Notes under the pieces: model-generated | The model's database searches: none | What the model was told of the DNA's origin: nothing | The model's input: only the letters and a program-made list of their open reading frames with translations | Part shown: in pieces, positions 1-13,099 of the stretch | Position numbering within the stretch: position 1 is the stretch's first letter | How the letters are laid out: the number at the start of each line of letters is the position of its first letter | Position numbers and translations under genes: made by a program | DNA from: Malacoraja senta | Taxonomy: Eukaryota | Direction of reading: 5' to 3' | DNA length: 64,000 bases | Assembly (NCBI GenBank): GCA_038087875.1 | Contig: JAXLNO010000050.1 | Location: forward strand, 186,001-250,000

Positions 1-87
1 CCTGACCTCAATTTTTTTTTAAAGTACTTTTGCACCCTATCTGTACACTTTTTAACGGAAAACAATGAGGTGACTTTGTACTCAGCA

Positions 88-790
88 ACTTGTCCTGGAC
101 CAGCCATGTCAAAGCAATGGCCAAGAAAGCCCCCCACCATCTCTGCTTCCTTAGAAGCCTTAGGAAGTTTGGCATGTCCCCAACAACTCTCACCAACTTC
201 AACAGATGCACCGCAGAAAGCATTTTATCAATGCTTGTATTCCCTCATGCAACCCTCCTTTTGTATTCATTCAAACTGTATCAAGGGTGCATCACAGCAT
301 GGTTTGGGAACAGCTCCATCTAAGTGCACAAGAAATTGTAGCGAGCTGTAGACACAGCTCAGAACATCACACAAACCAACCTCCCTTCCACTAACACCAT
401 GTACACTTCACACTACCTCAGCAAGGACACCAGCATAATCAAGGTCGAGTCTCACCCCGGTCTCTCCTCCAATCTGGCAAGAGGTACAGAAGTGTGAAAC
501 ACACACCTCCAGATTCAGGGACATTTTCTTCCCAGCTGTTACCAGGCAACTGAACCATCCTACCACCAACTGGAGAGTGGTCCTGAGCTACTATCTATCT
601 CATTGGAGACCCTCAGACTATCTTTACTTGGACTTTACAGGACATTATCTTGCAGTAAATGTTATTTCCTTTATCATGTATCTACACTGGATGACTGGAT
701 TGTAATCATATATTGTCTTTCCGCTGACTGGTTAGCACGCAACAAAAGCTCTTCACTGTACCTCGGTACACGTGACAATAAACTAAGCAA
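88..790 (+). mobile_element. Rex1/Babar-like (L2-related) non-LTR retrotransposon 3' remnant
   Basis: ORF track gives SWTSHVKAMAKKA...FLRSLRKFGMSPTTLTNFNRCTAESILS..GCITAWFGN, a typical RT C-terminus. 3' end carries the cactgtacctcggtacacgtgacaataaa stem-loop seen repeatedly in the window. Confidence 0.7.
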
Positions 791-2249
791 GAGTATTTTC
801 CATGTGGCAGGTGACATCCCAATTCCCCCCCACGGATGTTTAAAGTATTATCGTACCGTAATACAGTAACTTAAATCAGCTGGAGTAAACTTGATGAACA
901 ACCCACCAGACTGATGAGGTATCTTCTGTCTATGTTGCATGTGGGGATTCACTGTGAAATGTATTTAGCTAATGTTCAGCTCAACCATCCGAAATGTTTG
1001 GATAGTTTAGGTGAACAATGTTGATCGTGAGGCTAGATGTAGCAAGGACAGTCTCACTGCAGCCAAATCCCTAAATGATTGGAGACAATAGATTCAGTAT
1101 TAACTTTTTTAATTGAATTAGATTTGTACATGAAAATCAAATAATTTTGAGACGGCATGGAAAAGTGACGAGGTTGCTCATCTTTTTTTTGCATTGACAA
1201 CCGTTTTGGTCTTGGATTACCACAAACGTGGTTCTAAACTGTGGTGGATTAAGCATGAAATTACTAAAGGAACAACTCATTTTTGTTTTGCAGTGCATTC
1301 TCATAATGACTTCTTGCTTGCGATCTTCACGAGATGTCAGATTATGGTTTCAGCTCCAGGTAAATGAGATTTTAATACTTTCTACAAAAATACCCAATAC
1401 TTATCTGTTTTAGTGCTTCTCCTAACTCATGGTGTGTCTTTATCCCTCTGCTTATGGGATTTGGTCTTCTAATTGAGATGTGGCGAATTAAAATTCTCAT
1501 CGACCTTTTCAAATCGCTCCATGTCTTTGCTCTTCTCTATTCTTCAACCTTTACATTTATAACTCCTCCCATTCTGGCCGCCTCATTTTGCAGTGATCTT
1601 ATGTTTCTTACAAAATGATGCATGAACATTCACGACATTATTTAATAAAATGGAGGAAAGTTCTTCCGCCCTGCTCCTGTGCTCTTGGGTGGAGACTGAG
1701 AATGAGTGAATGATACAAGTGGTGCTGTTAGCTGATAGAACAGGGCAAAGGCTAGTGAATATCAATAAGTATATCTGGGAGATGTAACAAAGATCAGCCT
1801 GAAGAATACAATACAATACAATTTTTTATTTGTCTGTTGGACAAATTTGTCATTTGGACCCCTTGAGGTCCAAACGAAATGTCGTTTCTGCAGCCATACA
1901 TTACAAAACGAAAAAAGACCCGAGACACAACACAATTTACACATACATCCATCACAGCGCTGTGATGGAAGGCAAAAAAACGTATCTTTCCACTGCACTT
2001 CCCCCCCCGAAGGGTCTGATAGAAGGGTCCCGACCGGAAATGTCACCTATCTATGTTCTCCATGGATGCTGCCTGAGACGCTGAGTTACTCCGACAGTGT
2101 GTCTCTTTTTTGTTAAACCAGCGGGTGCAGTTCCTTGTTTCTACTTCTATGTCTACTAGCCATTTCTCTGTTCTCTCAGCTGACACCTGCACACTTATCA
2201 TTCAATCATCCCAGTCTCCACCCTTCATAACTGATAGGAGCAGAATTTG

Positions 2250-2680
2250 TTCATTCGGCTCATCAAGTTTACTCCGATCATGGCTGATCCATCTCTCCCT
2301 CCTAACCCCATTCTCCTGCCTTCTGCCCAGAACCCCTAACACCTGTACCCTAATCAATAATCTACCTATCTCTGCCTTAAAAATATCTATAGACAGCCTC
2401 CACAGCCTTCTGTGGCAATGAATTCTACAGATTCATCATCCTCTGACTAAATAAATTCCTCCTCATCTCCTTCCTAAAGGAACGTCCTTTAATTCTGAGG
2501 CTATGACCTCTGGACTTGTACTCTCCCACCAGTGAAAACATCCTCTCCACATCCACTCAATTCAGGCTTTTCACTATTTGGTAAGTTTCAATGAGGTTCC
2601 CCCCTTAATCCTTCTAAACTCCAGCGAGTAGAGGCCCAGTGCCATTAAACGCTCATCATATGCTAACCCACTCATTCCTG
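2250..2680 (-). mobile_element. CR1 LINE 3' fragment (degenerate)
   Basis: Antisense match to the CR1 3' end (LYSLEFRR..GNLIETY..LDRVD) found in the longer copies. Confidence 0.7.
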
Positions 2681-3789
2681 TCACCCTATTTCACAGGAGC
2701 AGTGTTGCGGGACTTTCCTCCATTTTATTAAATCATATGGGGAATGTGGCACGTGCCATGCATTTTGTTCACATTAAATTGCCTTGATCTGATAGACAGC
2801 TGCTGTTAAATGTCCTGTGCAACCCGCAGGATAAATTTATCAACAACATTCGCAAAGACTACGAGTGACTCTTAAGAAATGAAGCCAACTCATACTGGCT
2901 TTGTACTATTGACGTTACAGAAGGTCCGTCCTCTCTACTATGGAACAGTCAATCGGCTGCCAAACCCGGTAAACCGGAAAGCAAAAAAAAAGTTCCCATC
3001 CCTCCGAGCAAAGTTTGAAGTGAGTTACTCCCAAGCCGACGATGATTCTTCTTTTGGCTACTTGCTGAGCTCGTTTTGGAAGACGTTTTGGTAAAATTAT
3101 TTTAGTTTCACGTAATTAAAAAGAACAAACTAAAGGCTCCTGATACTCCGTGGATGTATAATGATGTAATGTTGTCGGCTTGGGCAAGTTGGCTCTGTTT
3201 CCACGCTGTATGACTATAAAGGGATGATTGAGGGCAAAAAAAGCATGCACAAGAAGAAAGTGTTATTATGTTTTTATCAGCATTGTGTTACCATTTAACA
3301 ATGGTCACTAAATAAAAATCTTTACAGTTTAAATAATAAAAGCAGCAGATTGAAGTCCCCCAGCATATCTCCATCTTGGTTATGTAGTTGGAGGCTTTAT
3401 TTGGTTTCCAGGCCTGGAGGATGGGAAGACAACAGATCTTATTAATTAACTTAATGTATTTATGGAGGTGTGTTTGTTTTGATGCGTTTTGGTTAGTTAG
3501 TTTTGGTTAACTAGGTTTTTTTCCAATTATTTACATCAACTTTTTAAATAATTAACATCGATAATTACAACCAAAACATGCTCTGATGATGGCTATTTAA
3601 CCCAATCCATGGCTTTTAAAGATAGAAAAACTCACATTTTCATAGCCGAATCACATCCCATTCAAGGTATTTTTTTTTTTTTTTTTTTTTAGAAAATATT
3701 TTTTATTGGAGATAAGTACACAACATATTATCATCATTACCACTTACATTTTTAAATTGATAATATTGTCAATTATTATTACATTATCT

Positions 3790-6700
3790 CATAGAAACAT
3801 AGAAACATAGAAAGTAGGTGCGAGAGTAGACCACCAGGCCCATCGAGCCCGCACCGCCATTCGCTCATGGCTGAACACTAAACAGACACCCTTACCCACA
3901 AACAGTAGACACAAGACACAGAACACAAGACACTACCCTCCCCTTTATATCGCTATCACCCCTCTCCACCCCAAGAACCGCGTGATCTCCTGGGGGAGGC
4001 AAAAAACCGGATAAAAACCCAGGTCCAATTCGGGAAAAAAATCCGGGAAATTCCTCTCCGACCCCAATCCAGGCAATCGACACTTGTCCAGGAGATCACT
4101 CAGGTCTTACTATACTAACCATACCTAGGTCCATATCCCTGCCCTCTCCCCGTAGCCCCTTATCCCCTTGGCAGCTAAAAAACCATCTATTTTAGACTTA
4201 AATATATTTAATGTTTCTGCTTCCACTGCTCCCTGGGGCAGTGAATTCCATAAATTAACCACCCTCTGGGTGAAGAAGTTCTTCCTCATCTCAGTTTTAA
4301 AAGAGCCCCCTCTTATTCTACAACTATGTCCCCTAGTTCTAGTTTCCCCGATCATTGGGAACATCCTCGGTGCATCCACCCGATCAAGGCCCCTCACGAT
4401 CTTATATGTTTCAATGAGATCGCCTCTCATTCTTCTAAACTCCAAAGAGTAGAGTTCCAGCCTACTTAACCTTTCCTCATATGTCAATCCCCTCATTGCA
4501 GGAATTAATCTTGTAAACCTTCGCTGCACTGCCTCCAGGGCCAGTACATCCTTTCTTAAGTATGGACCCCAGAACTGTACACAGTATTCCAAATGTGGTC
4601 TCACTAATACTGTGTACAGCTGCAGCAAGACCTCCGTGTTTTTATACTCAATCCCCCTAGCAATAAAGGCCAAAACTCCATTGGCCTTCCTGATTGCTTG
4701 CTGCACCTGCATACTAACTTTTAGTGATTCATGTACTACTACCCCTAGATCCCTTTGCGTTGCATTACAACGCAGCTCCACCTCATTTAGAAAATAACTT
4801 GCCCTATCATTTTTTTTCCCAAAGTGAATGACTTCACATTTATTAGTATTAAATTTCATCTGCCAAGTTGTTGCCCACTCACCTAGCTTATCTATATCCT
4901 TTTGCAGACTCTTCCTATCCTCCTCATCCCCTACTTTTCCTCCCATTTTTGTATCGTCCGCAAATTTTGATATATTACACTTGGTTCCCTCCTCCAAATC
5001 ATTTATATAAATTGTGAACAACTGGGGTCCCAGCACCGACCCTTGCGGAACCCCGCTAGTTACCGGTTGCCATCCCGAGTATGAACCATTTATCCCCACT
5101 CTCTGCTTCCTATTTGTTAGCCAATCCTCTACCCATGCTAATATATTACCCCCAATCCCATAATTTTTTATTTTTAGCAATAGTCTCTTATGTGGCACCT
5201 TGTCAAAAGCCTTTTGGAAGTCCAAGTATACCACATCCACCGGTTCCCCTTTATCCACCCGGGTTGTTACTTCCTCAAAGAATTCGAGCAGATTCGTTAA
5301 ACAGGACTTCCCCTTCACAAAACCATGCTGGTTCTGTCCGATGAAGTCATGTTTATCCAAGTGCCCCGTTAGTGTTTCTTTAATAATTGTCTCTAACATT
5401 TTACCCACCACCGATGTTAGACTAACCGGTCTATAGTTACCCGCCTTCTGTTTACATCCTTTTTTAAATATAGGTGTTACATTGGCCATTTTCCAATCCA
5501 CTGGGACCGTTCCTGCCTCCAGGGAGTTTTGGAAAATTATCACCAATGCATCCACAATCCCCACCGCTATCTCCCTCAAGACCCTTGGATGTAATCCATC
5601 AGGCCCAGGGGATTTATCCTCCTTCAGTCTCATTAATTTCCCTAATACCACCTCCTTGGTGATCTTAATAGTATTTACCTCCTCCATTCCTACCGCCCCC
5701 TGTTTATCCAGCGTTGGAATATTTTTTGTGTCTTCTATGGTGAAGACTGATACAAAATACTCGTTTAATGCCTTTGCCATTTCCATGTTCCCCACCAACA
5801 ACTCTCCAGTCTCACCCTCCAATGGACCAACGTTCACCTTAGCCACCCTTTTTCTTTTTATATAGCTATAAAAACTCTTACTATTAGTTTTTATGTTGTT
5901 CGCTAAATTCCTTTCATAGTCTATTTTCCCCGTCTTAATTAATCTCTTAGTTATTTTTTGCTGACCTTTAAATGCTTCCCAATCCTCTACCCTCCCACTA
6001 TCTCTAGCTACCTTATATGCCCTTGCCTTCAGCCGAATACTATCCTTTATAGTTTTACTGAGCCATGGCTGACTGTTCTTTCCCTTACCCCTTTTTTTCT
6101 TCATAAGAATAAATTTTTCTTGAAGGTTATACAGTAGATCCTTAAACGTACACCACTGCTCATGTACCGTCTTATTCTTGAGTCTGCTATCCCAGTCAAC
6201 TTTGATCAGCTCAGTCCTCATACCTTCATAATCCCCCTTATTTAGACTAAGTACCCTAGCCTGAGTTTCAACCTGCTCCCCTTCTATTTGAATATGGAAT
6301 TCGACCATATTGTGGTCACTTGTTCCCAACAAGTCCCTAACTATGACATTTTTAATTAATCCTGCTTCATTACACAGGACCAGATCCAAGATTGCCTCCC
6401 CCCTTGTCGGTTCTGTGACATACTGTTCTAGGAACCCGTCTCTAATACATTCTATAAACTCTTCCTCTAGTCAACCTGCCCAGTTTGGTTTGCCCAATTA
6501 ATATGAAAATTGAAGTCCCCCATGATTACAGCAGTTCCCTTTTTACATGCGTCAACTATTTGCAGATTTATGTTCTGACTAACAGCGTCACAGCTATTTG
6601 GAGGTCTATAAATTACACCCACTAGTGTTTTTTTCCCCTTGTTATTCTCTATCTGTACCCAAGCTGTTTCACTATCCTGATCCTTCAACGCAATATCCTT

Positions 6701-6940
6701 CCTCTCTATTGCCGTTATTCCCTCCCTTATTAAAAGGGCCACCCCTCCTCCCTTTCTTTCCTGTCTATCTTTTCTAATTGTCGAGTACCCCTCTATATTT
6801 AACTCCCAATCCTGATCCCCTTGCAGCCATGTCTCCGTAATGGCCACGATATCATAACTATATGTACTTAATTGCACCGTTAATTCATTTATCTTATTTC
6901 GAATACTCCGTGCATTTAGATACAGCACTTTCTCCAATAC
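3790..6940 (-). mobile_element. Young CR1 LINE, 5'-truncated at the start of ORF2
   Basis: (TTTCTATG)n tail at about 3790-3812. APE endonuclease ORF 6467-6937 (LYLNARS, ITETWL, GGGVA, GDFN) and RT ORF 4125-6389, separated by one frameshift near 6470. Confidence 0.95.
4125..6389 (-). CDS. CR1 ORF2: endonuclease C-terminus plus reverse transcriptase (754 aa open)
   Basis: [41 protein letters not shown] and RPHLEYC motifs. Confidence 0.95.
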   Translation of the reverse strand: MDLVLCNEAGLIKNVIVRDLLGTSDHNMVEFHIQIEGEQVETQARVLSLNKGDYEGMRTELIKVDWDSRLKNKTVHEQWCTFKDLLYNLQEKFILMKKKRGKGKNSQPWLSKTIKDSIRLKARAYKVARDSGRVEDWEAFKGQQKITKRLIKTGKIDYERNLANNIKTNSKSFYSYIKRKRVAKVNVGPLEGETGELLVGNMEMAKALNEYFVSVFTIEDTKNIPTLDKQGAVGMEEVNTIKITKEVVLGKLMRLKEDKSPGPDGLHPRVLREIAVGIVDALVIIFQNSLEAGTVPVDWKMANVTPIFKKGCKQKAGNYRPVSLTSVVGKMLETIIKETLTGHLDKHDFIGQNQHGFVKGKSCLTNLLEFFEEVTTRVDKGEPVDVVYLDFQKAFDKVPHKRLLLKIKNYGIGGNILAWVEDWLTNRKQRVGINGSYSGWQPVTSGVPQGSVLGPQLFTIYINDLEEGTKCNISKFADDTKMGGKVGDEEDRKSLQKDIDKLGEWATTWQMKFNTNKCEVIHFGKKNDRASYFLNEVELRCNATQRDLGVVVHESLKVSMQVQQAIRKANGVLAFIARGIEYKNTEVLLQLYTVLVRPHLEYCVQFWGPYLRKDVLALEAVQRRFTRLIPAMRGLTYEERLSRLELYSLEFRRMRGDLIETYKIVRGLDRVDAPRMFPMIGETRTRGHSCRIRGGSFKTEMRKNFFTQRVVNLWNSLPQGAVEAETLNIFKSKIDGFLAAKGIRGYGERAGIWT

Positions 6941-8981
6941 CTTTTGCCTTTTTTTGTTTTTTTTAAACTAGATAGAACTAAAAAGATAGATGAAGTAAAG
7001 AAAGAAAAGAGAAAGAAAAAAACAAAACAAAAAACAAAACAAAAAAAAAAAGAAAACAGAAAAGAAAAAGATAGTTAAAGAAGAATGGAAACATTTATCA
7101 AGATAAAAAACTTCGTTCGAGATATATTCGTACATTTCAGAGTATAACATTTCATCCATTCTTTAGCCCGAGTGTTAGTCAGATTCCTGTGCTGAACCAT
7201 TCTGACCCTTTAAATAATCAATAAAGGGAGACCATGTTCCAACGAATAATTCCTGTTTGTCCAACAGGGAAAATCTGATTCTTTCCACATTTAAGGTCTC
7301 CGTCATTTCTATAAGCCACATTTTGATTGTGGGGGTTATAGGGCCTTTCCAAAATTTTAGAATTAATTTTTTCCCCGTTATTATACTATAATCAATCAAT
7401 AAAGTTTCTTTGTGTTGTTGTAAATGTTTGATTTAATTCTAATGTTCCGAGTATTATTAATTTTGGATTCGGGTATTTTTGGATCAAGGTATTTTTAAGG
7501 TGGAGAAGTGACAGATACTTGATGGGTCGGGCTATCAAGAGTTATGGGGAGAAAGCAGGAGAATGGTGTTGAGAGGGAAGGAAAGGTCAGCCATGATTGA
7601 ATGGCGCAGTTGACTCGATGGGCTGAATGGTCTAATCCTGCTCCTTGAACCTATGAATAATGTCTCTGAACATCAGAGGCTCCTGAGGAAAAAGACAGTG
7701 CTGGAGTAACTCAGTGTGCGGGTGGCATCCCTGGAGAGCATGGAGAGGTGGCGTTTCGGGTCTGGACCCTTTTTCAGACTGATTGCAGGTGTGGGAGGAA
7801 GGAAGCCAGAAGAGTGGCGGGGCAGGACAAAGCATGGTAGGTCATAGGTGAACACAGGCGAGGCAGGTTAGTGATGGGCAGATGGTTGGACAAAGGCCAG
7901 AGATGAACACGTACAAGGAGTGAAATAAAAGGATTAGTGAGTTGCGAATTGTGAAGCTAGAGGATTGACTAGGTGTGTTGGAATGGAGGGGGAGGGGAGA
8001 GATGGGTGCAAGATGGGCTCAGTGGAGGGGGGTTTATAGGGGAGGGGATGCATGGGACCGGGTTAATGGGCAGGGGGTCCAGCAGAAATATTATCTGAAT
8101 CTTGCTATAGTCAGGGGGTGGTGAATCTGTGCAATTCATTGCCACAGGAGGCTGTGAGGTCCAAGTCGATGGATATTTTTAAGGCAGAGGTAGATCGATT
8201 CTTGTTTAGGCAGGTGACAGAGGTTATGGAGGTGAGGTTAGGGGGGAGTTAGATCAGCCATGATTGAACGGTGGAGTACACATGATGGGCAGAATGGCCT
8301 AATTCTGCTCCTATCCCTTATGAACACATACCTTGTAGCCTGATTCATGGAGCACAGAAGATTAATAGGAATGGGGCACCACAGATCAGCATATGTGGGC
8401 AGTGACCCAGATCCAGCAACATTCAGCCAAACATTGCCCTGTTCCATCTACAATGGAGATAATTTTAGGATTGCTTATAAATAGCAACTTTGGAATAACT
8501 TTGTACTTGATCGCTTTTTGTCAAGTTAATGCCAGGATCAGATCCCATTTCATTTCAGTAGATAATGCGTGTGTAAACATATCATTTAATTTAGCAATCC
8601 GATAGTTTTCATATTTCATGAAGCTTTTTGCTCAAGTGCTTGCATCTTCCTCCAGCATCGTTTCCAAGCACAGAACCCTTTATTAGGGGTACAGAACTTT
8701 GTGATGAAGGATCGCCAAGAGGAGGATGGTGTGAAGTTTCACACTCACACCATGGTGCTTCCCACAAGAGGGCAATTAGAAGGCCGGATGTTCATAACAG
8801 CATTTGAATGTGGGTTGGATAATGTTTCTGAAGATGTGGCAGTGGTGCATGCATTGGAGGTACTGCATTAATGTTCAGTTTTATTTCATTACAAACATAT
8901 TTTGGTTCTTGTTCACTTAACTCGAGTTGCATCCTGCTATACTGCAGCATCATCTGTCTCCCATGTACTAGCAGTAAAGCT

Positions 8982-9287
8982 GGGCAGCACAGTGGCGCAG
9001 CAGTAGAGTTGCTGCCTTACAGCTCCAGAGAACCAGGTTCGATCCTGACCACAGGTGCTGTCCGTACACTTTGTACCTTCTCCCCGTGACCATGTGGGTT
9101 TTCTCCAGCTGCCCCAGTTTCCTCCCACACTCCAAAGACGTGCATGTTTGTAGGTTACCTTGGCTGCAGTAAATTGTCTCTAGTGTGTAGGATAGTGTTC
9201 GTGTATGTGGTGATTGCTGGTCAACACGGACTTGGTGGGCAAAATGGCCTGTTTATTTGTTGTATCTCTAAACTAAACTAAATAAAT
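8982..9287 (+). mobile_element. tRNA-derived HE1/V-SINE-type SINE
   Basis: A box (tggcgcagcagt) and B box (ggttcgatcc), central gggttttctcc...tttcctcccaca core, CR1-like 3' tail, (ctaaa)n end. Confidence 0.8.
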
Positions 9288-9621
9288 CTACGTTTTCTTC
9301 ACCTGGGTGCTGGGAAGACCAAAGTTATGACTTTAGTTCGCTGCCGCAGTTTCTTTTAAATTGCCACCAATTCCATCCTTCTCTCTGGTAACATTTGACA
9401 GTTAACCTGACTGTTGGGGATGTTGTTACCCTGGTTAAACTGAATTTGTCGGAAGGAACTGAAGGTGCTGGTTAAACTGAACTTGGGCTTTGAACCGTAT
9501 ATCCCTGTCATCATTGCCGACATTTTTCTCTCCATCACTTGCCTCACTCCATCTCAACTCATCTCATCTGCTACCTTTTTGTAACACTTAGACCTGATAT
9601 TCCAAAATGTTTCTGAATAAA

Positions 9622-9820
9622 TGGAAACACAAGGAACTGCAAATGCTGGTTTACAAAAATAGACACAAGGTGCTGGAGTAAATCAGTGGGTCAGGCAGCT
9701 TCTCTGGAGAACAGGGGGAAGTGACGTTTCGGGTCTGAAGAAAGGTCTCGACCTGAAATGTCACCTATTCATTTTCTCCAGAGATGCTGCCTGTCCCACT
9801 GAGTTACTCCAGCAATGTTT
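9622..9820. repeat. Palindromic Penelope-derived repeat pair with hammerhead-like core
   Basis: tgctggagtaaatcagtgggtcaggcagc... is the reverse complement of ...gctgcctgtcccactgagttactccagca around a central ctgaagaaaggtctcgacctgaaatgtc. Confidence 0.7.
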
Positions 9821-10364
9821 TGGAATAAACTCTGTCTTCTACCCTCTAAGTTAATCTATTATCATCATCCTAACTTGTACATGAACCCGATAACTCATCA
9901 GCTCACTGTTAACCACTTTGATTTGAGATTAGAAGAATAAGGGGCAACCTCATTGAAACATATAGAGTAGCGAAAGGCTTGGATCGAGTGGATGTGGAGA
10001 GGATGTTTCCATGAGTGGGAGAGTCTAGGACTAGAGGTCATAGCCTCAGAATTAAAGGATGTTATTTTAATGTGGAAATTTCTTTAGTCAGAGGGGGGTG
10101 AATCTGTGGAATTCTTTGCCAAATCAGTAGATATGTTTAAGGCAGAGATAGATATATTCTTGATTAGTACAGGTGTTAGAGGTTATGGGGAGACGGCAGG
10201 AGTATGGGGTTGGAGGGAGAGATAGATCAGCCATGATGGGCCAAATGGCCTAATTCTACTCCTAACACATTGGCCATGTGATTTTAGAGATCCTACCCTT
10301 GTTCTAATCTCCCTTTTCCAATAATTCTAATGAGCCTTGCAGACTCCTTCAGTTACAGCTTATA

Positions 10365-11100
10365 GTCGCACAGTCACGGAGTGATACAGTGTGTAAACAG
10401 GCCTAACTTGGCCACATCGGCCAACATGTCCCATCTACACTAGTCCCACATGCCCGTGTTTGGTCCATATCCCTCCAAAACTGTCCTATCCATGTACCTG
10501 TCTAACTGCTTCTTAAACCTCAAATACCTCCTCCGGCAGCTTGTTCCATACATACCCACAACCCTTTGTTTGAAAAAGTTACCCCTCAGATTTATATTAA
10601 ATCTTTTCCCCTTCACCGTAAACCTATGTCCTCTGGTCCTCGATTCCCTGACTCTGGGCAAGAGACTCTGTGCATCTACCCGATCCATTCCTCTCATTAT
10701 TTTATACACCTCTACAAGATCACCCCTCATTCTCCTGCGCTTCAGGAAATAGAGTCCCGAACTACTCAACCTCTCCCTATAGCTTAGACCCTTGAGTCCT
10801 GGCAACATTCTTGTAAAATCTCTCTGTACCCTTTCCTATAACATGGTGCCTTCTTCTTCTGTTGTGTGTCTTTTAGACCTGCAGCTCCGTTGAGGCGAGC
10901 CAGGCCAACGTGTCATCGTCCAGGTCAATCAGACCTCGTTCACCATTCGGTGGCCGGTGTTTGGGGCAACTGGTGACCATGTGTTCCACTGTCTGTGTTG
11001 GGTCCCCACACTCGCAGGAGGCGCTGTCCACGAGCCCCACCTCTTCATCGCTAACATGGTGCCCAGAACTGAACACAATACTCTAAATATTTGGTCTTTG
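10365..11100 (-). mobile_element. CR1 (HER1-like) 3' fragment, interrupted at 10851-11051
   Basis: ORF 10440-10808 MLPGLKGLSYRERL..RRMRGDLVEVYKIMRG; CR1 sequence resumes after the insertion. Confidence 0.8.
10851..11051 (-). mobile_element. 5'-truncated Ingi/Vingi-like (I-group) non-LTR retrotransposon 3' end
   Basis: C-terminal CCHC knuckle CECGDPTQTVEHMVTSCP, (GAA)n tail, 12-bp TSD taacatggtgcc at 10839-10850 and 11052-11063. Clade assignment is from motif recall. Confidence 0.65.
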
Positions 11101-11214
11101 GTCATCTTCAATTTGAATCACTGAAATGGTAACTGTTACTTACATTAAGTTTTCTTTTCTCAGTGCTGTTAAGGCAAGCTTGCACTGATAATACTGCAAG
11201 ATGTAATGAATAGC

Positions 11215-11498
11215 TCTGGCCTCACCACAAGAGACCCAGGTTTGATCCTGACCTCAGATGCTATCTGTGTGTAGTTTGCACATTCACCCTGTGGTTTTCC
11301 ACCGAGTGTTCCAGTTTCCTCCCACATCCCTAAGACGTGCAGGTTTGTAGGTTATTTGGCCCTCTGTAAAGAGCCTTCAGTGTGTAGGGAGTGGATGAGA
11401 AAGTCGGATAACATGGAACTAGTGTGAACGGGTGATCGATGGTTGGTGTGAACACAGTGGGTTGAAGGGCTTGTTTCCATGCTGTATCTCTACAACTA
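11215..11498 (+). mobile_element. HE1/V-SINE-type SINE (diverged)
   Basis: B box ggtttgatcc, same core and tail as other copies. Confidence 0.7.
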
Positions 11499-11637
11499 AT
11501 GTCCACCTATTTACTTTTGTTAATTACTTCCAGCATGTTTATTGCTGCGATTTCTTGGTGAAAGTAACTTCTTTGGAACTGCTGGGGCTTTTGAAGCTAT
11601 TATGAGGGGAACACAATATGCGTGGTGTGTGGGAAAG

Positions 11638-12116
11638 CTGTTCCTGGAGTCAACTTCTGTACATCGGTGAGACCAAGCGCAGGCTCGACGATTGTTTCGC
11701 TGAACACCTCCGCTCAGTCCGCCTTAACCTACCTGATCTCCCGGTTACTCAACACTTTAACTCCCCATCCCATTCCCAATCTGAACTTTCTGGCCTGGGC
11801 CTCCTCCATTGTCAGAATGAGGCCCAGCACAAATTGGAGGAACAGCACCTCATATTTTGCTTGGGCAGCTTACACCCAAGCGGTATGAACATTGACTCCT
11901 CTAACTTCAAATAGCCCTTGCTTTCCCTCTCTCTCCATCTCCTTCCCCTTCCCAGTTCTTCCACCAGTCTTACTGTCTCCGACTACATACTATCTCTGTC
12001 TCACTCGCTCCCCTGACATCAGTCTGAAGAAGGGTCTCGACCCGAAATGTCCCCCATTCCTTCTCTCCAGAGATACTGCCTGTCCTGCAGAGTTACTCCA
12101 GCATTTTGTGTCTACA
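11638..12116 (+). mobile_element. Penelope-like element 3' end: GIY-YIG endonuclease C-terminus plus terminal repeat with hammerhead-like motif
   Basis: LLYIGETKRRL..F.EHLRSV...PV.QHFNSPSH...GLLHC...LEEQHLIF.LG.L.P.GMN (ORF 11618-11914), followed by ctgaagaagggtctcgacccgaaatgtc at about 12024-12051. Confidence 0.85.
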
Positions 12117-12490
12117 ATATGCAGGGTAATAATTCAGTTACTTACAGAGCAGAGTAATCCCTTTGACAACACAATGGAGTGGGAGAATGCCAAGAGTGCT
12201 GTGATCCATAGTGAAATGCTTGTTACCATTTTGGTACAGCGTATTTTATACATGCCATTTGATATAACGAAAGATAACATGGCATATTGAAGACTTGTAA
12301 CCCAAAGAGCCAAAGGCATTTGAGTGAGAATTTGTAGTGAGCTTTCATACTTCAAGGAATTAGTATATATTTAAAAATGTTTTGTATAATTTATTTTTGA
12401 ATGCATCTAAATGTCAGGGAAATCAAAATCTTTCCATGTCCTTGACAACAAGAAAAGCTGGAGCGCTGTCTTGCTAGTTATCAGATATTA

Positions 12491-12788
12491 GGGCGGCACA
12501 GTGGTAGAGCTGCTGTCTTATAGCGTCAAAGACCTGGGTTCAATACTGACTGCAGGTGCCGTCTGTAGAAGTTTGTTTGTTCTCCCCGTGACTGTGTGGG
12601 TTTTCTCCGGGTGTTCTGGTTTCCTCCCACATTCCAAAGACATACAGGTTTCTAGGTTAATTGGCTTCGGTAAAAATTGTAAATTGTCCCTAGTGTGTAG
12701 GATAGTGCTAGTGTAAGGAGTTAAATGCTGGTCGGCGCTAACTCAGTGGACTGAAGGACCTGTTTCCGCACTGTATCTCAAGTCTAAA
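12491..12788 (+). mobile_element. HE1/V-SINE-type SINE
   Basis: Full head, core and tail as in other copies. Confidence 0.8.
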
Positions 12789-13099
12789 TCAGAGTTTTAT
12801 TTTATCTGATTTGTGAGTAGGGTTGTTGAGACCTGCCCACGATGCATTCTGCCACTCTGGGTCCTGTCTTTTCAGATACATAGCTTGTTTCCCTGCAAGT
12901 TGGGGACAGGGATTCATAGCTCAGAGAGAACACTAGTAGCCTACAAGTTTCAGTTCTGTATCTTTAGTTGCCGATGTAAAATTGATAGTCTTTTCACTGT
13001 GGATAGCAGGCAACAAAAAAAGCATTTCACCGTACCTCGGTACAAATGATAATAAACTAAATTAAAGTAAATACGGCTTTGGGAAGATTACAGGACTAT

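Larger units (their letters stand above)
3675..7483 (-). mobile_element. 5'-truncated L1-clade LINE 3' end (ORF2 C-terminus, 3'UTR, polyA) interrupted by a CR1
   Basis: PolyT at about 3670-3690. ORF 7175-7399 (KKLILKFWK...KMW...WSPF) is homologous to the C-terminus of the L1 at 41015-42580. 13-bp TSD tcaaggtattttt at 3662-3674 and 7484-7496, at a TT/AAAA-type site. Confidence 0.85.

Noticed and set aside
2879..3094. 71-aa ATG ORF in non-repetitive sequence, possible alternative first exon
   Set aside because: No recognisable homology, and its possible donor phase does not clearly fit the downstream exon.
4168..6501. Multiple plus-strand ORFs opposite the CR1 (similar shadows occur at other CR1 copies)
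   Set aside because: Antisense shadow ORFs of the RT coding frame.
8982..9060. tRNA-like A/B boxes here and at many other positions
   Set aside because: They are SINE heads continuing into the SINE core, not tRNA genes.
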